Below, piece by piece: positions 34,936 to 45,396 of a stretch of DNA of 64,000 nt. Location of the stretch: contig JAGNEZ010000034.1 in the NCBI GenBank assembly GCA_018003015.1, forward strand, positions 5,085 to 69,084. Direction: 5' to 3'. The notes beneath the pieces were generated by a model. It was given only the letters and a program-made list of their open reading frames with translations. It did no database searches and was not told the DNA's origin. How positions within the stretch are numbered: position 1 is the stretch's first letter; each line of letters opens with the position of its first letter. Origin of the DNA: Phycisphaerae bacterium (lineage in GTDB: Bacteria; Planctomycetota; Phycisphaerae; UBA1845; PWPN01). A program made the translations under genes and the position numbers.

Positions 34936-35973
34936 ATGGGATTGGATTCGGCGGGCGGTCAAGGCTATCGGCCGTTGCTTGATCTGAGGCAGACCGAGCG
35001 GGCGATTCGGACGATCAAGGAGTTTTTCCAGGTCAACCTGTCCGCGGCTCTGAATCTGCAGCGGGTCAGTGCTCCGCTGTTTGTGCCTGCCGACACGGGG
35101 GTCAATGACAATCTCAACGGGGTCGAGCGGCCGATCTCGTTTCCGGTGAAGGATCTCGACGATCGGCGGGCGGAGATTGTGCAGTCGCTGGCCAAGTGGA
35201 AGCGGATGGCGCTCGCGGATTACGGCTTTGGTCCGGGGGAGGGGATCTACACGGACATGAACGCCATTCGCCCGGACGAGAAGCTTGACGAGCTGCATTC
35301 GATCTACGTGGACCAGTGGGACTGGGAGCGGGTCATGTCCGCTGGCGAGCGGAACCTGGACTTCCTCCGCTGGGTGGTTGAGCGCATTTACGAGGTGATT
35401 CATCGCACCGAGGAGTGCGTTTCGGAGGCCTATCCGGTCATCAAGCCTTATCTGCCCGATCGGATTCACTTTGTACACACGGAGGAGTTGCAGCGGCGAT
35501 TTCCGGATCTATCTCCGCGTGATCGCGAGAATCGGGTTTGCAGGGAGCTTGGTGCCGTGTTCGTGATTGGCATCGGGTCGAAGCTTGCGGACGGCCGGGC
35601 CCACGACGGCCGGGCCCCGGACTATGACGACTGGTCGACGCCCACGGCCGGCGGCAAGGGGCTCAATGGGGACATATTTGTCTGGAATCAGGTGCTGGGG
35701 CGTGGTTTTGAGTTATCCTCGATGGGCATTCGGGTTGACGCCGAGGCCCTGGTTCGGCAACTGGAGCTGACCGGCACGCGTGACCGAGCGAGCCTGCTGT
35801 TCCATCGTCGATTGCTGGCCGGGGAGCTGCCACAGACCATTGGTGGCGGCATTGGCCAGTCGCGGCTGTGCATGTTGTTTCTGCGCAAGGCGCACGTCGG
35901 CGAGGTGCAGTCGAGCCTCTGGCCGGACGGGTGGCGAGAGGAGCTCAGGAAGAAGGGCATCGTGCTGCTGTAG
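34936..35973 (+). CDS. asnA: Aspartate--ammonia ligase (asparagine synthetase A)
   Basis: Collinear with AsnA throughout: SLAKWKRMAL, LHSIYVDQWDWERVM, DRIHFVHTEEL, APDYDDWSTP, LNGDIFVWN, ELSSMGIRVD, LPQTIGGGIGQSRLCM. Confidence 0.95.
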   Translation: MGLDSAGGQGYRPLLDLRQTERAIRTIKEFFQVNLSAALNLQRVSAPLFVPADTGVNDNLNGVERPISFPVKDLDDRRAEIVQSLAKWKRMALADYGFGPGEGIYTDMNAIRPDEKLDELHSIYVDQWDWERVMSAGERNLDFLRWVVERIYEVIHRTEECVSEAYPVIKPYLPDRIHFVHTEELQRRFPDLSPRDRENRVCRELGAVFVIGIGSKLADGRAHDGRAPDYDDWSTPTAGGKGLNGDIFVWNQVLGRGFELSSMGIRVDAEALVRQLELTGTRDRASLLFHRRLLAGELPQTIGGGIGQSRLCMLFLRKAHVGEVQSSLWPDGWREELRKKGIVLL

Positions 35974-36095
35974 GGTGGCCGGGCGGGGGCGTGGTGGGGC
36001 CGGTGGTTACCGGGAGTGTGGAGCAGGGTGCCGGTCGGTCATTAGAGCGGCGAGATGCCGGCTCATCGTTGAGGGGATGGATTGCGGCGTGAGGA

Positions 36096-36965
36096 TCAAG
36101 GTTGACGGTCGGGTTTTCGGGCCGCGAACTGCAGATGGGGGCAACGAGCGAGGTTGGCGGGATCGCGGGCCAGGCGTTTCTCGACGGCTGCCCAGCGGCG
36201 GCGGGTGGCCGGATCTTCGAGTTGTTCGCGGTGGCGGCGCATCGGCAGGACGGTTTTGCCAGTCAATTCCAGCATTTCGAGTCCGGTCATGGTGACCATT
36301 CTGGCGATCTGTTCCGGCTCGAAGGTATGGACTTCGAACCGCTCCGACGGGTCGCGGGTCAGCCAGTGGGTCCGGCCGCTGCGAAGGAATCGTTCCAGTT
36401 CTTCGATCTGACCTTTTTCGAGGTAGTAGTCCACGCAGGCCACGCGGTTGTCCAGGGTGGCGACCAGGATGCCGCCGGGTGCCAGGCAACGGGCGATCTG
36501 CCGCAGGGCGGCCTGCGGATCCGCGGCCAGGCCGATCGGTTCGCCCATCGCCATGGCGAAAGCGAAGTGATCGGCCGGCAGGGCGGCGAGATCCATGAGG
36601 TCGGCCTGGATGAAGTCCGCTTTGTGTTCGCTGCCCATCTCGGCTGCAAGCCGACGAGCCTCGTCCACCATTTTGGCGGACAGGTCGACGAAGGTGACCC
36701 GGTAGCCGCTCTTGAGCAGTTTGCGGCCCCATTTGCCCGAGCCGCAACCGAGGTCGACCGCCGGGGCGTTGACGTTAGCTGGCAAGTGACGTTTGAGGTA
36801 CTCCCAGGTCAGGTCGTCGTGCCACTGCCAGTAGGCGTCGTCGTAGACGGTCTCGTACCGCCTGGCGACCCGGTCGTGATAGCGCTGGTTGGGGCTGCGA
36901 TGGGAACGCATGGAGAAGCCGCAATCGAAACGCCGAAAAGGGACGTCGTCCCGTCGAGACGTCAC
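36096..36965 (-). CDS. Class I SAM-dependent methyltransferase
   Basis: Motif I VDLGCGSGKWGRKLL, an acidic post-I residue (VTFVDLS), and motif II/III region. The substrate is not inferable. Alternative start MRSHRSP at 36911. Confidence 0.75.
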   Translation of the reverse strand: MTSRRDDVPFRRFDCGFSMRSHRSPNQRYHDRVARRYETVYDDAYWQWHDDLTWEYLKRHLPANVNAPAVDLGCGSGKWGRKLLKSGYRVTFVDLSAKMVDEARRLAAEMGSEHKADFIQADLMDLAALPADHFAFAMAMGEPIGLAADPQAALRQIARCLAPGGILVATLDNRVACVDYYLEKGQIEELERFLRSGRTHWLTRDPSERFEVHTFEPEQIARMVTMTGLEMLELTGKTVLPMRRHREQLEDPATRRRWAAVEKRLARDPANLARCPHLQFAARKPDRQP

Positions 36966-37108
36966 CGCCTCGAAAGTGCAGGGTGTGGGGGGCTTTTCCG
37001 GTTATCCTCCGCCCGGTCACTCTGGCGAGCAGCAAGTGGGCGGGAGCCGGGGGCTGAGCACGCCCGCTTTTTCTGCCCGGCACGCAGCACTTTCAGCTCA
37101 GCACCTGC

Positions 37109-38107
37109 TCACAGCCGCTCCGCGATCTGGATCGCGTTCAGGGCGGCGCCCTTGCGGAGCTGGTCGCCGCTGACGAACAGGTCGATGCCCCGGCCGTCGG
37201 GCTGGCTGATGTCCTGGCGGATGCGGCCGACGAGCACGTCGTCGCCGTCGCTGGAGTCGATGGGCATTGGGAAGTAGTTTTTCTCGCGATCGTCCACGAC
37301 GCGCGTGCCCGGGGCGGAGCGGAGCGTTTCGAAGACCTGCTTCTCGGTCACCGGCCTGGCGAAGGTGATGTTGATCGCTTCGGAGTGGGCCCGCGGCACG
37401 GGGACGCGAACGCAGGTTGCGGAGACCTGGATCTCATCGCAGTGGAACATCTTGCGGGTCTCGTTGACCATCTTCATCTCTTCTTCGTTGTAGCCGTTGG
37501 CGGTGATCTTCGAGTTGTGGCTGAAGAGATTGAACGCGATGCGGTGGGGCAGGACTCGGGGTGTGACCTTCTTGCCGGCGAGCAGATCGCGGCTCTGCTC
37601 CTCAAGTTCGACCATGGCCTGGTAGCCGGCTCCGCTGGCCGCCTGGTAGGTGCTCACCACCAGCCGCTGGATCGGGCAGAGCTTGTGGAGGGGCCAGACG
37701 GGGACGACCATGATGATCGTCGAGCAGTTCGGGTTGGCGATGATGCCCTTGTGCTTGCTGATGTCCTCGGGGTTGACCTCGGGCACGACCAGGGGGACGT
37801 TCGGATCCATGCGGAATGCGGAGGAGTTGTCCACGACCACGGCGCCGGCCTGGGCGGCGATAGGGGCGAACTTGCGGCTGATTGAAGCCCCGGCGGAGAA
37901 GAGGGCGATATCGACGCCTTTGAAACTGTTCTCGGTCAATTCAACCACCGTGTGCGGTTCGCTCTTGAAGGTAATCGTTTTGCCTGCGGACCGGGCCGAC
38001 GCGAGGAAGGTCATCTTGCTGCAGGCGAACTTCCTCTGCTCAAGGACGCGAATGAACTCTTGCCCCACCGCACCGGTGGCGCCCACGACCGCGACATGAC
38101 CAGCCAT
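37109..38107 (-). CDS. asd: Aspartate-semialdehyde dehydrogenase
   Basis: NAD(P)-binding VAVVGATGAVGQ, active-site NPNCSTI, and a typical 332-aa Asd length and layout. Confidence 0.93.
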   Translation of the reverse strand: MAGHVAVVGATGAVGQEFIRVLEQRKFACSKMTFLASARSAGKTITFKSEPHTVVELTENSFKGVDIALFSAGASISRKFAPIAAQAGAVVVDNSSAFRMDPNVPLVVPEVNPEDISKHKGIIANPNCSTIIMVVPVWPLHKLCPIQRLVVSTYQAASGAGYQAMVELEEQSRDLLAGKKVTPRVLPHRIAFNLFSHNSKITANGYNEEEMKMVNETRKMFHCDEIQVSATCVRVPVPRAHSEAINITFARPVTEKQVFETLRSAPGTRVVDDREKNYFPMPIDSSDGDDVLVGRIRQDISQPDGRGIDLFVSGDQLRKGAALNAIQIAERL

Positions 38108-38348
38108 CTCGAGAGGACTCCTCAGCCGCGCCGGTCCGGGTTTCGTGTCCCACCTGATTCGTCAGGTTACCTGTCTTAGGAGCGCCCGAGCCCGACCAGC
38201 GCGAAGTTTAGCATTGTATTCGGATTTGCCGGCCGGGGCAATGGTTGGCCGAATCGGGTCGTGGCCTCGTGGTTCCGAGCCTTAGGACGATCGTGGTTCG
38301 GGGATCTGTCGAGTCGTGGCCCTATTCCAGATCCCAGTTGCGGTTCAG

Positions 38349-39845
38349 TCACTTGCCCCGGCCGAAGAAGGCCTGGTTCCAGCGGAGTTGGTTTCGCAGA
38401 TCGCCCAGTCGGGTTGCGCCGTCGATCCGCACGCATTCGAGGCCGGCCATTTCTGCGAAGTCCTCGAAGCACTCGGTGGTGATTGCCTGGCTGAGCACGG
38501 TGTGGTGGGGTCCACCGGCGTAGATCCACGCGGCGGCTGCGGTTTTCAGGTCCGGGCGTGGGATCCACAAGGCCCGGGCCACGGGCAGGCGGGGCATGGC
38601 TTGGTCTGATTCGACCGCATCGATCTCGTTGACCAGCAGCCGGAAGCGGTCGCCGAGGTCGATCATGGCCATGTTGATGCCGGGTCCGGCGGGGGCGGTG
38701 AAGACCAGTCGGACGGGGTCGGCCTTTCCGCCGATCCCCAGGGCGTAGACCTCGCAGGATGGTGTGGCGGCAGCCAGCGACGGGCAGACCTCCAGCATGT
38801 GGGCGCCCAGCACCTTTGGCCCGGAGGGGTGCAGGTGGTAGGTGTAGTCTTCCATGAAGGATGTGCCGCCCTTGAGGCCGGTGGCCATGACTTTGACGGC
38901 GCGGAGGAGTGCGGCGGTTTTCCAGTCGCCCTCGGCGCCGAAGCCGTAGCCGGCCGCCATCAGCCGCTGGGCGGCGATGCCGGGCAACTGGTCCAGGCCG
39001 TGGAGGTTCTCGAAGGTGTCGGTAAAGGCCTTGAAGCCGCCGGTGTCGAGGAAGGCCTTGAGGCCGAGCTCAGCCCGGGCGGCGTAGCGCAGGGCATCGC
39101 GTTTCGCTCCGCCGGGGCGAAGCGGCGTGGCCATCGTGTATTGGGCGTCGTACTCGGCGACGAGGCGATCGATGGCCGGGTCGGACACGTCCTTGATGTA
39201 TTGGACCATGTCGCCGATGCCGTAGCCGTTGACTTCGACGCCGAGTCGGATCTGGGCCTCGACCTTGTCGCCCTCGGTCACGGCGACCTGTCGCATGTTG
39301 TCGCCGATGCGGGCGACCTTCAGGTTGCGCAGTTCGTGCAGGCCGGCGGCGGCCCGCTGCCAGACGGCGAGCCGGTCCTGGACCTCTGGGTCCTGCCAGT
39401 GGCCGACGACCACCTTGCGGGGCTGCTCCATGCGGGCGCAGATGAAGCCGAACTCGCGGTCGCCGTGGGCGGCCTGGTTGAGATTCATGAAGTCCATGTC
39501 GATTGTGGCCCAGGGCAGGTCGCGGTTGTACTGGGTATGCAGATGGGCCATGGGCTTGTCGAGGGCCTGGAGGCCGGCGATCCACATTTTTGCGGGCGAG
39601 AAGGTATGCATCCAGGTGATCAATCCGGCGCAATGGGGGGCGGCATTGGCCTCGCGGCAGACCCGCAGAATCGAGTCCGCGGTGGTCACGACCGGCTTGA
39701 ACACCAAGCGGAAGGGCAAGCGTGCGGAAGCGTTCAAGCCTTCGACCATCCGGCGGCTGTTATCGGCCACCTGGTTAAGGGCCTCCTCTCCGTAGAGATG
39801 CTGGCTGCCGGTGATGAACCATATTTCCAGGTTATCGAATGCCAT
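38349..39845 (-). CDS. araA: L-arabinose isomerase
   Basis: 498 aa. Opens [23 protein letters not shown], a typical AraA opening, with conserved FMEDYTYH and [10 protein letters not shown] regions. Last gene of araB-araD-araA. Confidence 0.92.
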   Translation of the reverse strand: MAFDNLEIWFITGSQHLYGEEALNQVADNSRRMVEGLNASARLPFRLVFKPVVTTADSILRVCREANAAPHCAGLITWMHTFSPAKMWIAGLQALDKPMAHLHTQYNRDLPWATIDMDFMNLNQAAHGDREFGFICARMEQPRKVVVGHWQDPEVQDRLAVWQRAAAGLHELRNLKVARIGDNMRQVAVTEGDKVEAQIRLGVEVNGYGIGDMVQYIKDVSDPAIDRLVAEYDAQYTMATPLRPGGAKRDALRYAARAELGLKAFLDTGGFKAFTDTFENLHGLDQLPGIAAQRLMAAGYGFGAEGDWKTAALLRAVKVMATGLKGGTSFMEDYTYHLHPSGPKVLGAHMLEVCPSLAAATPSCEVYALGIGGKADPVRLVFTAPAGPGINMAMIDLGDRFRLLVNEIDAVESDQAMPRLPVARALWIPRPDLKTAAAAWIYAGGPHHTVLSQAITTECFEDFAEMAGLECVRIDGATRLGDLRNQLRWNQAFFGRGK

Positions 39846-39878
39846 GATCGTCTCCTCTCGGGCTTGGGCCGAATCGGT

Positions 39879-40571
39879 TTACTCCTTCTGTCCATAATAG
39901 GCGGCCGGTCCGTGCTTGCGCTGGTAGTGCTTATCGAGGACAAACGGTTCGAGGCCGGGTGCGGTGGGGTCGATGAGCCGGGTTCCCAGGGCGATCTCGG
40001 CGACGGCCTCGAGGGCGACGGCGTTGCGGACCGACTCGCTGGCGTCGGTGCCCCAGGTGAACGGTCCGTGGCCTGCGACCAGGACGGCGGGCATGGTCAC
40101 CGGATCGAGGGTGGCGAAACGCTCCACGATCACCCGGCCGGTGTTGGCCTCGTAGTCGCTCATGACCTCCGCCTTGGTCAAGGCCCGGGTTACCGGCACG
40201 TTGCCGCGGAAGTGGTCCGCGTGGGTTGTGCCCAGGCAGGGGATCTCGCGCCGGGCCTGGGCGAACATGGTGGCGTGCCGGCTGTGCGTGTGGGTGATTC
40301 CGCCGATCTGCGGGAAGCTGCGATACAGGAGCAGGTGGGTTGGGGTGTCGCTCGAGGGTCGCCACTTGCCTTCGACGACTCTCCCTTCCAGATCGACCAC
40401 GGACATATCTGGCGGCTGGAGCAGGTCGTAGGCCACGCCGCTGGGCTTGATGACCACCAGTCCCCGGTCGCGGTCGATCGCGCTGGTATTGCCCCAGGTG
40501 AGGGTGACCAGCCCGCAATGCACGAGCTCGCGGTTTGCCCGGCAGACCGCCTCTGTGAGCGAATCGAGCAC
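39879..40571 (-). CDS. araD: L-ribulose-5-phosphate 4-epimerase
   Basis: 230 aa class II aldolase/adducin fold: GNTSAIDRDRGLVVIKPSG, GITHTHSRHATMFAQA, HGPFTWG. Confidence 0.9.
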   Translation of the reverse strand: MLDSLTEAVCRANRELVHCGLVTLTWGNTSAIDRDRGLVVIKPSGVAYDLLQPPDMSVVDLEGRVVEGKWRPSSDTPTHLLLYRSFPQIGGITHTHSRHATMFAQARREIPCLGTTHADHFRGNVPVTRALTKAEVMSDYEANTGRVIVERFATLDPVTMPAVLVAGHGPFTWGTDASESVRNAVALEAVAEIALGTRLIDPTAPGLEPFVLDKHYQRKHGPAAYYGQKE

Positions 40572-40574
40572 GGC

Positions 40575-42281
40575 TCAGGCCTCCTGGCGGACGCGGGATC
40601 GCAAGGCGATCAGCTCTTTCATGACCGACGGCAGAGGGCTGGCCCCGCCGGCGGTTCCGAACGCGTCGTGCAATTGCCGGTAGATGCGGTAGAGCTCGGC
40701 GTAGACATCGGCGGCGGGCTTGCGTGGCCGATAGACCTTGGGTTTGACCCCGGTCATGGCCTGCTGGGCGGCAGGTACGTCGGGGTAGGCTCCGCCGACG
40801 ACGGCGCCGAAGATAGCGGCGCCGAGGGCGCAGGTCTGGGCCGACCGGCTGATCTTCATAGGCCGGTTGCACACGTCGGCGTAGATTTGCATGACGAAGG
40901 GGTTCTTTTCGGCGATGCCGCCGCAGTTGACCACCTCGCTGACGGCCATGCCGTACTCCTCGAACCGCTTGATGATGGTGAGGGCGCCGAACGCCGTGGC
41001 CTCGACCAGGGCGCGGTAGATTTCCGGGGCGTTGGTGTGCAGTGTCTGGCCGATCAGGAGTCCGGAAAGGAGGGGGTCGACGAGGATGGTACGGTTGCCG
41101 TTGTTCCAGTCCAGGGCCACCAGGCCGCTCTCGCCGGGTTTGAGTTTCTCCGCCTGGCGGGTGAGGTTGACGTGGGCGTCGCCCTTGGCCGCGTAGGCGG
41201 CGGGGGCGAGCTGCTTGACGAACCAGTTGAAGATGTCGCCGACGGCGGACTGGCCGGCTTCCAGGCCGTACATGCCCGGCACGATGGAGCCGGGCACGAT
41301 GCCGCACACTCCTGGGATGTCCGCCAGGCGGCCGTCCATCGGGGAGACGAGCATGTCGCAGGTGCTTGTGCCGATGATCTTGACCAGGGTGCCGGGTTTG
41401 ATGCCCGCGCCGACGGCGCCCATGTGGGCGTCGAATGCGCCGACCGCGACGGGGATGCCGGCCGGCAGGCCGACTTTCTTAGCCGTCTCGGCGGTCAGGT
41501 TTCCGGCTTTCCGGTCGGAGGGCAGGGCGGGTCTGGCGTAGCAGTTGGCGGCCCGGGGCAGGTCTGGATCGAGGCTCTCGAGGAATGCCGTGCCCGGCAA
41601 TCCGCCCCACTGGTCGTGGTACATGGCCTTGTGGCCGGCGGCGCAGATGCCGCGTGGCAGGGTGGCGGGGTTCATGTTTCCGGTGATGAACGCGGGCACG
41701 AAGTCGGCGAGCTCCACCCAGGATGCCGCTGCGGCGAAGACTTTGGGTGCGGTTCGTTTGCAGTGCAGGAGCTTGGACCAGTACCACTCGCTGCTATAGG
41801 TTCCGCCGCACTTGAGGAGGTAGCCGTCGGGGTGGGAGCGGGCTTTTTGGGTGATCTCGGCGGCCTCTGCGTGGCCGGTGTGGTCTTTCCAGAGCCAGGC
41901 CTGGGCGGCCAGGTTCTTCTTGAAGGCTGGCTTCAGGGCCAGGGGGGTGCCGTCCGCGGCCACCGGCATGGGTGTCGAGCCGGTGGTATCGACGCCGATG
42001 CCGACCACGTTTTCCGGCTTGAAGCCGGGGAGGCGTTTGGCGGCAGCGACTGCGCCGCGGACCGATGCGTAGAAGCCGGCGAGGTAGTCTGCGGGGTTTT
42101 GCCGGGCGCAATTGGGGTCCTTTGGGTCGAGGAGGATTCCCGCTTCTCCGCTTGGGTAGTTGAACACCTTGGAGGCCACTTCGCGGCCGTCCCTGAGATC
42201 GACCACCAGTGTCCGGACGCTGTTTGTCCCGTAGTCGACGCCGACAGCAAACTGCCGTCCTTTGCCGGAACGCGCACCCAT
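40575..42281 (-). CDS. araB: Ribulokinase (FGGY family)
   Basis: 568 aa. FAVGVDYGTNSVRTLVVD is an FGGY N-terminus. Layout is ribulokinase-like and the gene sits directly upstream of araD-araA. Confidence 0.88.
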   Translation of the reverse strand: MGARSGKGRQFAVGVDYGTNSVRTLVVDLRDGREVASKVFNYPSGEAGILLDPKDPNCARQNPADYLAGFYASVRGAVAAAKRLPGFKPENVVGIGVDTTGSTPMPVAADGTPLALKPAFKKNLAAQAWLWKDHTGHAEAAEITQKARSHPDGYLLKCGGTYSSEWYWSKLLHCKRTAPKVFAAAASWVELADFVPAFITGNMNPATLPRGICAAGHKAMYHDQWGGLPGTAFLESLDPDLPRAANCYARPALPSDRKAGNLTAETAKKVGLPAGIPVAVGAFDAHMGAVGAGIKPGTLVKIIGTSTCDMLVSPMDGRLADIPGVCGIVPGSIVPGMYGLEAGQSAVGDIFNWFVKQLAPAAYAAKGDAHVNLTRQAEKLKPGESGLVALDWNNGNRTILVDPLLSGLLIGQTLHTNAPEIYRALVEATAFGALTIIKRFEEYGMAVSEVVNCGGIAEKNPFVMQIYADVCNRPMKISRSAQTCALGAAIFGAVVGGAYPDVPAAQQAMTGVKPKVYRPRKPAADVYAELYRIYRQLHDAFGTAGGASPLPSVMKELIALRSRVRQEA

Positions 42282-42550
42282 GAATGACTCCTTCCACCTG
42301 TTTCCGAGATGAGGGATTCGTTACGCCACGTCGGCCCGCGGCGGGCCGGCACGCCCTGACCACGCAAGACACGATCTACCTGTCGAGCAGGAGTCTCGTC
42401 GCTTGCCGGGCATGATAACCGAAGTTGCCCGGCCCATCGAGGTGGTCTGGCGGGCCAGCCGGGGGCGGCTGGAGAGTGCGAGGTGATGTTTCCGGAGGCC
42501 TGGCCGACGGGTGGAGGCGGCGGGGGGGGCGTAGTCCGAAGCGGGTGGTG

Positions 42551-43630
42551 TTATGGTGTGGCCACGGGGGCCGGTGCCGGCGATCTGCCGCCGAGGGCCT
42601 TCACGATGGTGGCGGGCACGTCGCGCGGGGCGCACTGAAACTGGGCGGCGCCCAGATCGACGGCGACCTTGGGCATTCCGTAGACCACGCAGCTCTGTCG
42701 GTCCTGGGCGATGGTCACTGCCCCGGCTTGGTGGAGGCGGAGCAGGGCGTGGGCCCCGTCGGCGCCCATGCCGGTGAGGAGCACGCCGATGACTTTGCGG
42801 GTGGTGATGCGGGCCGCGGAATCGAACAGCACTTCGACGCTTGGGCAATGGCGATTGACCAAGTCGGTGCCGGTGTAGCGGATGCGGAGGCCGGTTCCGG
42901 CGGTGACGATCTGCATTTGGTGGTCGCCGCGGGCCAGGAGGGCGGTTCCCGGGTCGATGGTTTCCCCGTTCACGGCCTCGCGGACGGACAGAGCGGCCGC
43001 CCGATCGAGGTGCTGGGCGAAGGAGGCGGTGAAGCCGGCAGGCATGTGCTGGACCATAGCGATCGGCGGGAAGTCAGAAGGTGTGACCACCAGGAGCTGG
43101 CGGATGGCATCGGTTCCTCCGGTTGATGCTCCGAGGACGACGAGGTAGCGGTTGGGGTCGAGGCCGGCGGACCGAAACGACGGGGGGGTGGTCTTGACCG
43201 GCAGGGGTGGCGGGGCGGGGATGGAGACGGACGCGGCCCGGAGTTTGTCGGCGAGCTCGGCGCCCAGTCGCTGCAGGCTCTGGCGGTTGGGAGCGGCCGG
43301 CTTGAAGATCACGTCCAGGGCTCCGACCTCGATGGCTTCGAGGGCGGCCAGATGGCCGGCGGGGGTGGAGTCGCTGCACATGATGACCGGGACGGGATAG
43401 TGGATGGTGAGTTTCCGGAGGAAGGTCAGCCCGTCCATTCTTGGCATCTGCAGATCGAGGATGATGACGTCGGGGTGGTAAGCGATGATGAGGTCGCGGG
43501 CCTCGTAGGGGTCCTTGGCCGCCCCGATGACGCGTGCGGTCCGCACGTCGCTCAGGGCTCGCACGAGGGTTGCCCGCACGAGTGGCGAGTCATCGACGAT
43601 CAGGACTTTAACCGGACCTCTTCTCCGCAC
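42551..43630 (-). CDS. cheB: Chemotaxis response regulator protein-glutamate methylesterase
   Basis: N-terminal REC domain (VKVLIVDDSPLVR ... VIILDLQMPRMDG) plus a methylesterase domain (VLGASTGGTDAIRQLL ... AIAMVQHMP ... LTGMGADG). Confidence 0.93.
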   Translation of the reverse strand: MRRRGPVKVLIVDDSPLVRATLVRALSDVRTARVIGAAKDPYEARDLIIAYHPDVIILDLQMPRMDGLTFLRKLTIHYPVPVIMCSDSTPAGHLAALEAIEVGALDVIFKPAAPNRQSLQRLGAELADKLRAASVSIPAPPPLPVKTTPPSFRSAGLDPNRYLVVLGASTGGTDAIRQLLVVTPSDFPPIAMVQHMPAGFTASFAQHLDRAAALSVREAVNGETIDPGTALLARGDHQMQIVTAGTGLRIRYTGTDLVNRHCPSVEVLFDSAARITTRKVIGVLLTGMGADGAHALLRLHQAGAVTIAQDRQSCVVYGMPKVAVDLGAAQFQCAPRDVPATIVKALGGRSPAPAPVATP

Positions 43631-43670
43631 ACCAGACTCCGATTCTCCGGTTCATTCCCCTGGACCGGGT

Positions 43671-44516
43671 TCACTGCCGCTGATAGACGGTGGGTTCCAC
43701 GTACTTCAGCGGGTGATCGATTCCGTTGAGGCTCTCCGAGTGCCCGATCATCAGGACCCCCCCCGGCCGCAGCTGGTTGGCCAGCTTGTTGACCAGGGTG
43801 TGCTGAGTCTGGCGATCGAAGTAGATCATGACGTTCCGGCAGAAGATGACATGGAAGCCGTGGCGGAAGGGGAAGCTGGGGGTCATCAGGTTGAACCGCG
43901 AGAAGGTAATGGTTTTGCGCAGTTCGGGGATCAGCTGGAGGAGGGATTGGCCGTCCTCGCTGCGGATTCTCTGGAAGTACCTGGTCTTCAGGTTAGCCGG
44001 AACGGTGCCGACCCGATGCATCTCGTAGGTGCCCAGCTTGGCTCGGCTGAGCACCTTGACGGAGAGATCGGTGGCCAGGATCTTCAGCTCGATTCCCGGG
44101 TGCTGAAGGAGGGTATCGTGGGCGATCATGGCGATGGAGTGGGGTTCCTCGCCGCTGGAGCAAGCCGCGCTCCAGATGCGCAGGCACGGGTTGTCGGCGC
44201 GCCACTTGTGGTCCTCGACCCACGTCTTGATGATCGAGCTGAGCAGGTGGAAGTGGCGGATCTCCCGGAACAGGTGGGTCGTGTTGGTGGTGATGGCGTC
44301 GAGCAGTTCGCAGAGCTTCTCTCCGCTCGGGTCCTCCTCGATGGTGCGGAAGTAGTGCCTGAAGGACTTGTACTCGCCGGTGCGGACCTTCCTGCCGAGC
44401 CGGGCTCGGACCAGCTGGATCTTGTTGGCCCCGAGATTGATGCCGCTCTTGGCGTAGACCAAGCGGCGGATCAGTTCGTAGTCATTTCGGGTGAGATCCT
44501 GGGTGTCGGCGTTCAT
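43671..44516 (-). CDS. cheR: Chemotaxis protein methyltransferase
   Basis: Start at MNADTQDLTRNDYELIRRLVY (ATG 44516, GAGGAGAAGGAA upstream). SAM-binding RIWSAACSSGEEPHSIAMI, then VIFCRNVMIYFD. The upstream 50 codons of the tracked ORF are Pro/Ser-rich and unlikely to be coding. Confidence 0.92.
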   Translation of the reverse strand: MNADTQDLTRNDYELIRRLVYAKSGINLGANKIQLVRARLGRKVRTGEYKSFRHYFRTIEEDPSGEKLCELLDAITTNTTHLFREIRHFHLLSSIIKTWVEDHKWRADNPCLRIWSAACSSGEEPHSIAMIAHDTLLQHPGIELKILATDLSVKVLSRAKLGTYEMHRVGTVPANLKTRYFQRIRSEDGQSLLQLIPELRKTITFSRFNLMTPSFPFRHGFHVIFCRNVMIYFDRQTQHTLVNKLANQLRPGGVLMIGHSESLNGIDHPLKYVEPTVYQRQ

Positions 44517-44535
44517 TTCCTTCTCCTCGCGTGTC

Positions 44536-45012
44536 CTAGGCCCCGGCCGGTGATGGTGCTGGGTCTTCGATGAGATGGACCAGCTGGATGCGGGAGCCGT
44601 CGACGGAGAGGCTGGCGACGTTCGGGTCCCGGGCGGCGATGAACTCGGGCACTTCCGGCAGGACACGGCATTGCGGGATGCTCAGGTTGTAGATGTCCTG
44701 GGAGCCGAAGAACTGGGTGACCAGTTGGCCGCAGAGGATGTTCATGAATTCCTTGACGGCATCCTCGGACTGGTTGTCGACCTGGGGGGCCTCGGGGTCG
44801 ACGCCGAGGAGGTTGGCGGCCAGTCCTGTGGTGAACCGGCGGGGGCAGTGGAACACCAGCGTGCCGCGGTTCGGGCCGAGGTAGCGGACGCTCGTTTCCA
44901 GCCAGACATCCTGGTCGGAGGGTTCGCTTTCCTCGTCGTCCGTGAACATGAACGCCAGGTTGGCCAGGATCTCAGAAAAGAGTTCCTTCAGTGTCGTTTT
45001 CGTCTGTGGCAT
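44536..45012 (-). CDS. cheX: CheX-like chemotaxis phosphatase (CheC/CheX/FliY superfamily)
   Basis: 158 aa. LANLAFMF ... DAVKEFMNILCGQLVTQF resembles the CheX E..N signature region. Lies in the che operon directly after cheY. Confidence 0.7.
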   Translation of the reverse strand: MPQTKTTLKELFSEILANLAFMFTDDEESEPSDQDVWLETSVRYLGPNRGTLVFHCPRRFTTGLAANLLGVDPEAPQVDNQSEDAVKEFMNILCGQLVTQFFGSQDIYNLSIPQCRVLPEVPEFIAARDPNVASLSVDGSRIQLVHLIEDPAPSPAGA

Positions 45013-45394
45013 GGTCTTTGACTCCGAGGAGGGGTTTCAACACGTCGCGGAGCTGTTCGGGGTGGAACGGTTTGCGGACGTAACCGAAGGCCCCGATCGA
45101 CTCGAGCTCGGCGATTCGCTGCTGGCTCCCCTCGGTGGACACGATCACGATGGGGATATCCTTGAGCCTGCGGTTGCCGCGCATGCGGGTGAGGAGCTGG
45201 ATTCCATTCATGGTGGGCATGTTGATGTCCACGAGCATCACCGCCACCGGATGGTCGTTGAGCTGGGCCAGGGCCTCGATCCCGTTGGAGGCCTCATAGA
45301 CCTCGCCGACGTTGAGTCCGGCGATGTCCAGGGTCTTCTTCACCATCTGCCGAATCGTTACCGAATCATCCACGATCAAGACGTCGTGTGACAT
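44972..45394 (-). CDS. cheY: Chemotaxis response regulator CheY
   Basis: 140-aa single REC domain: VLIVDDSVTIRQ, phospho-acceptor context VMLVDINMPTMNG, PIVIVSTEG, YVRKPF. AGGAGG lies upstream of ATG 45394. The 3' end overlaps the cheX start by 41 nt. Confidence 0.92.
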   Translation of the reverse strand: MSHDVLIVDDSVTIRQMVKKTLDIAGLNVGEVYEASNGIEALAQLNDHPVAVMLVDINMPTMNGIQLLTRMRGNRRLKDIPIVIVSTEGSQQRIAELESIGAFGYVRKPFHPEQLRDVLKPLLGVKDHATDENDTEGTLF

Positions 45395-45396
45395 CT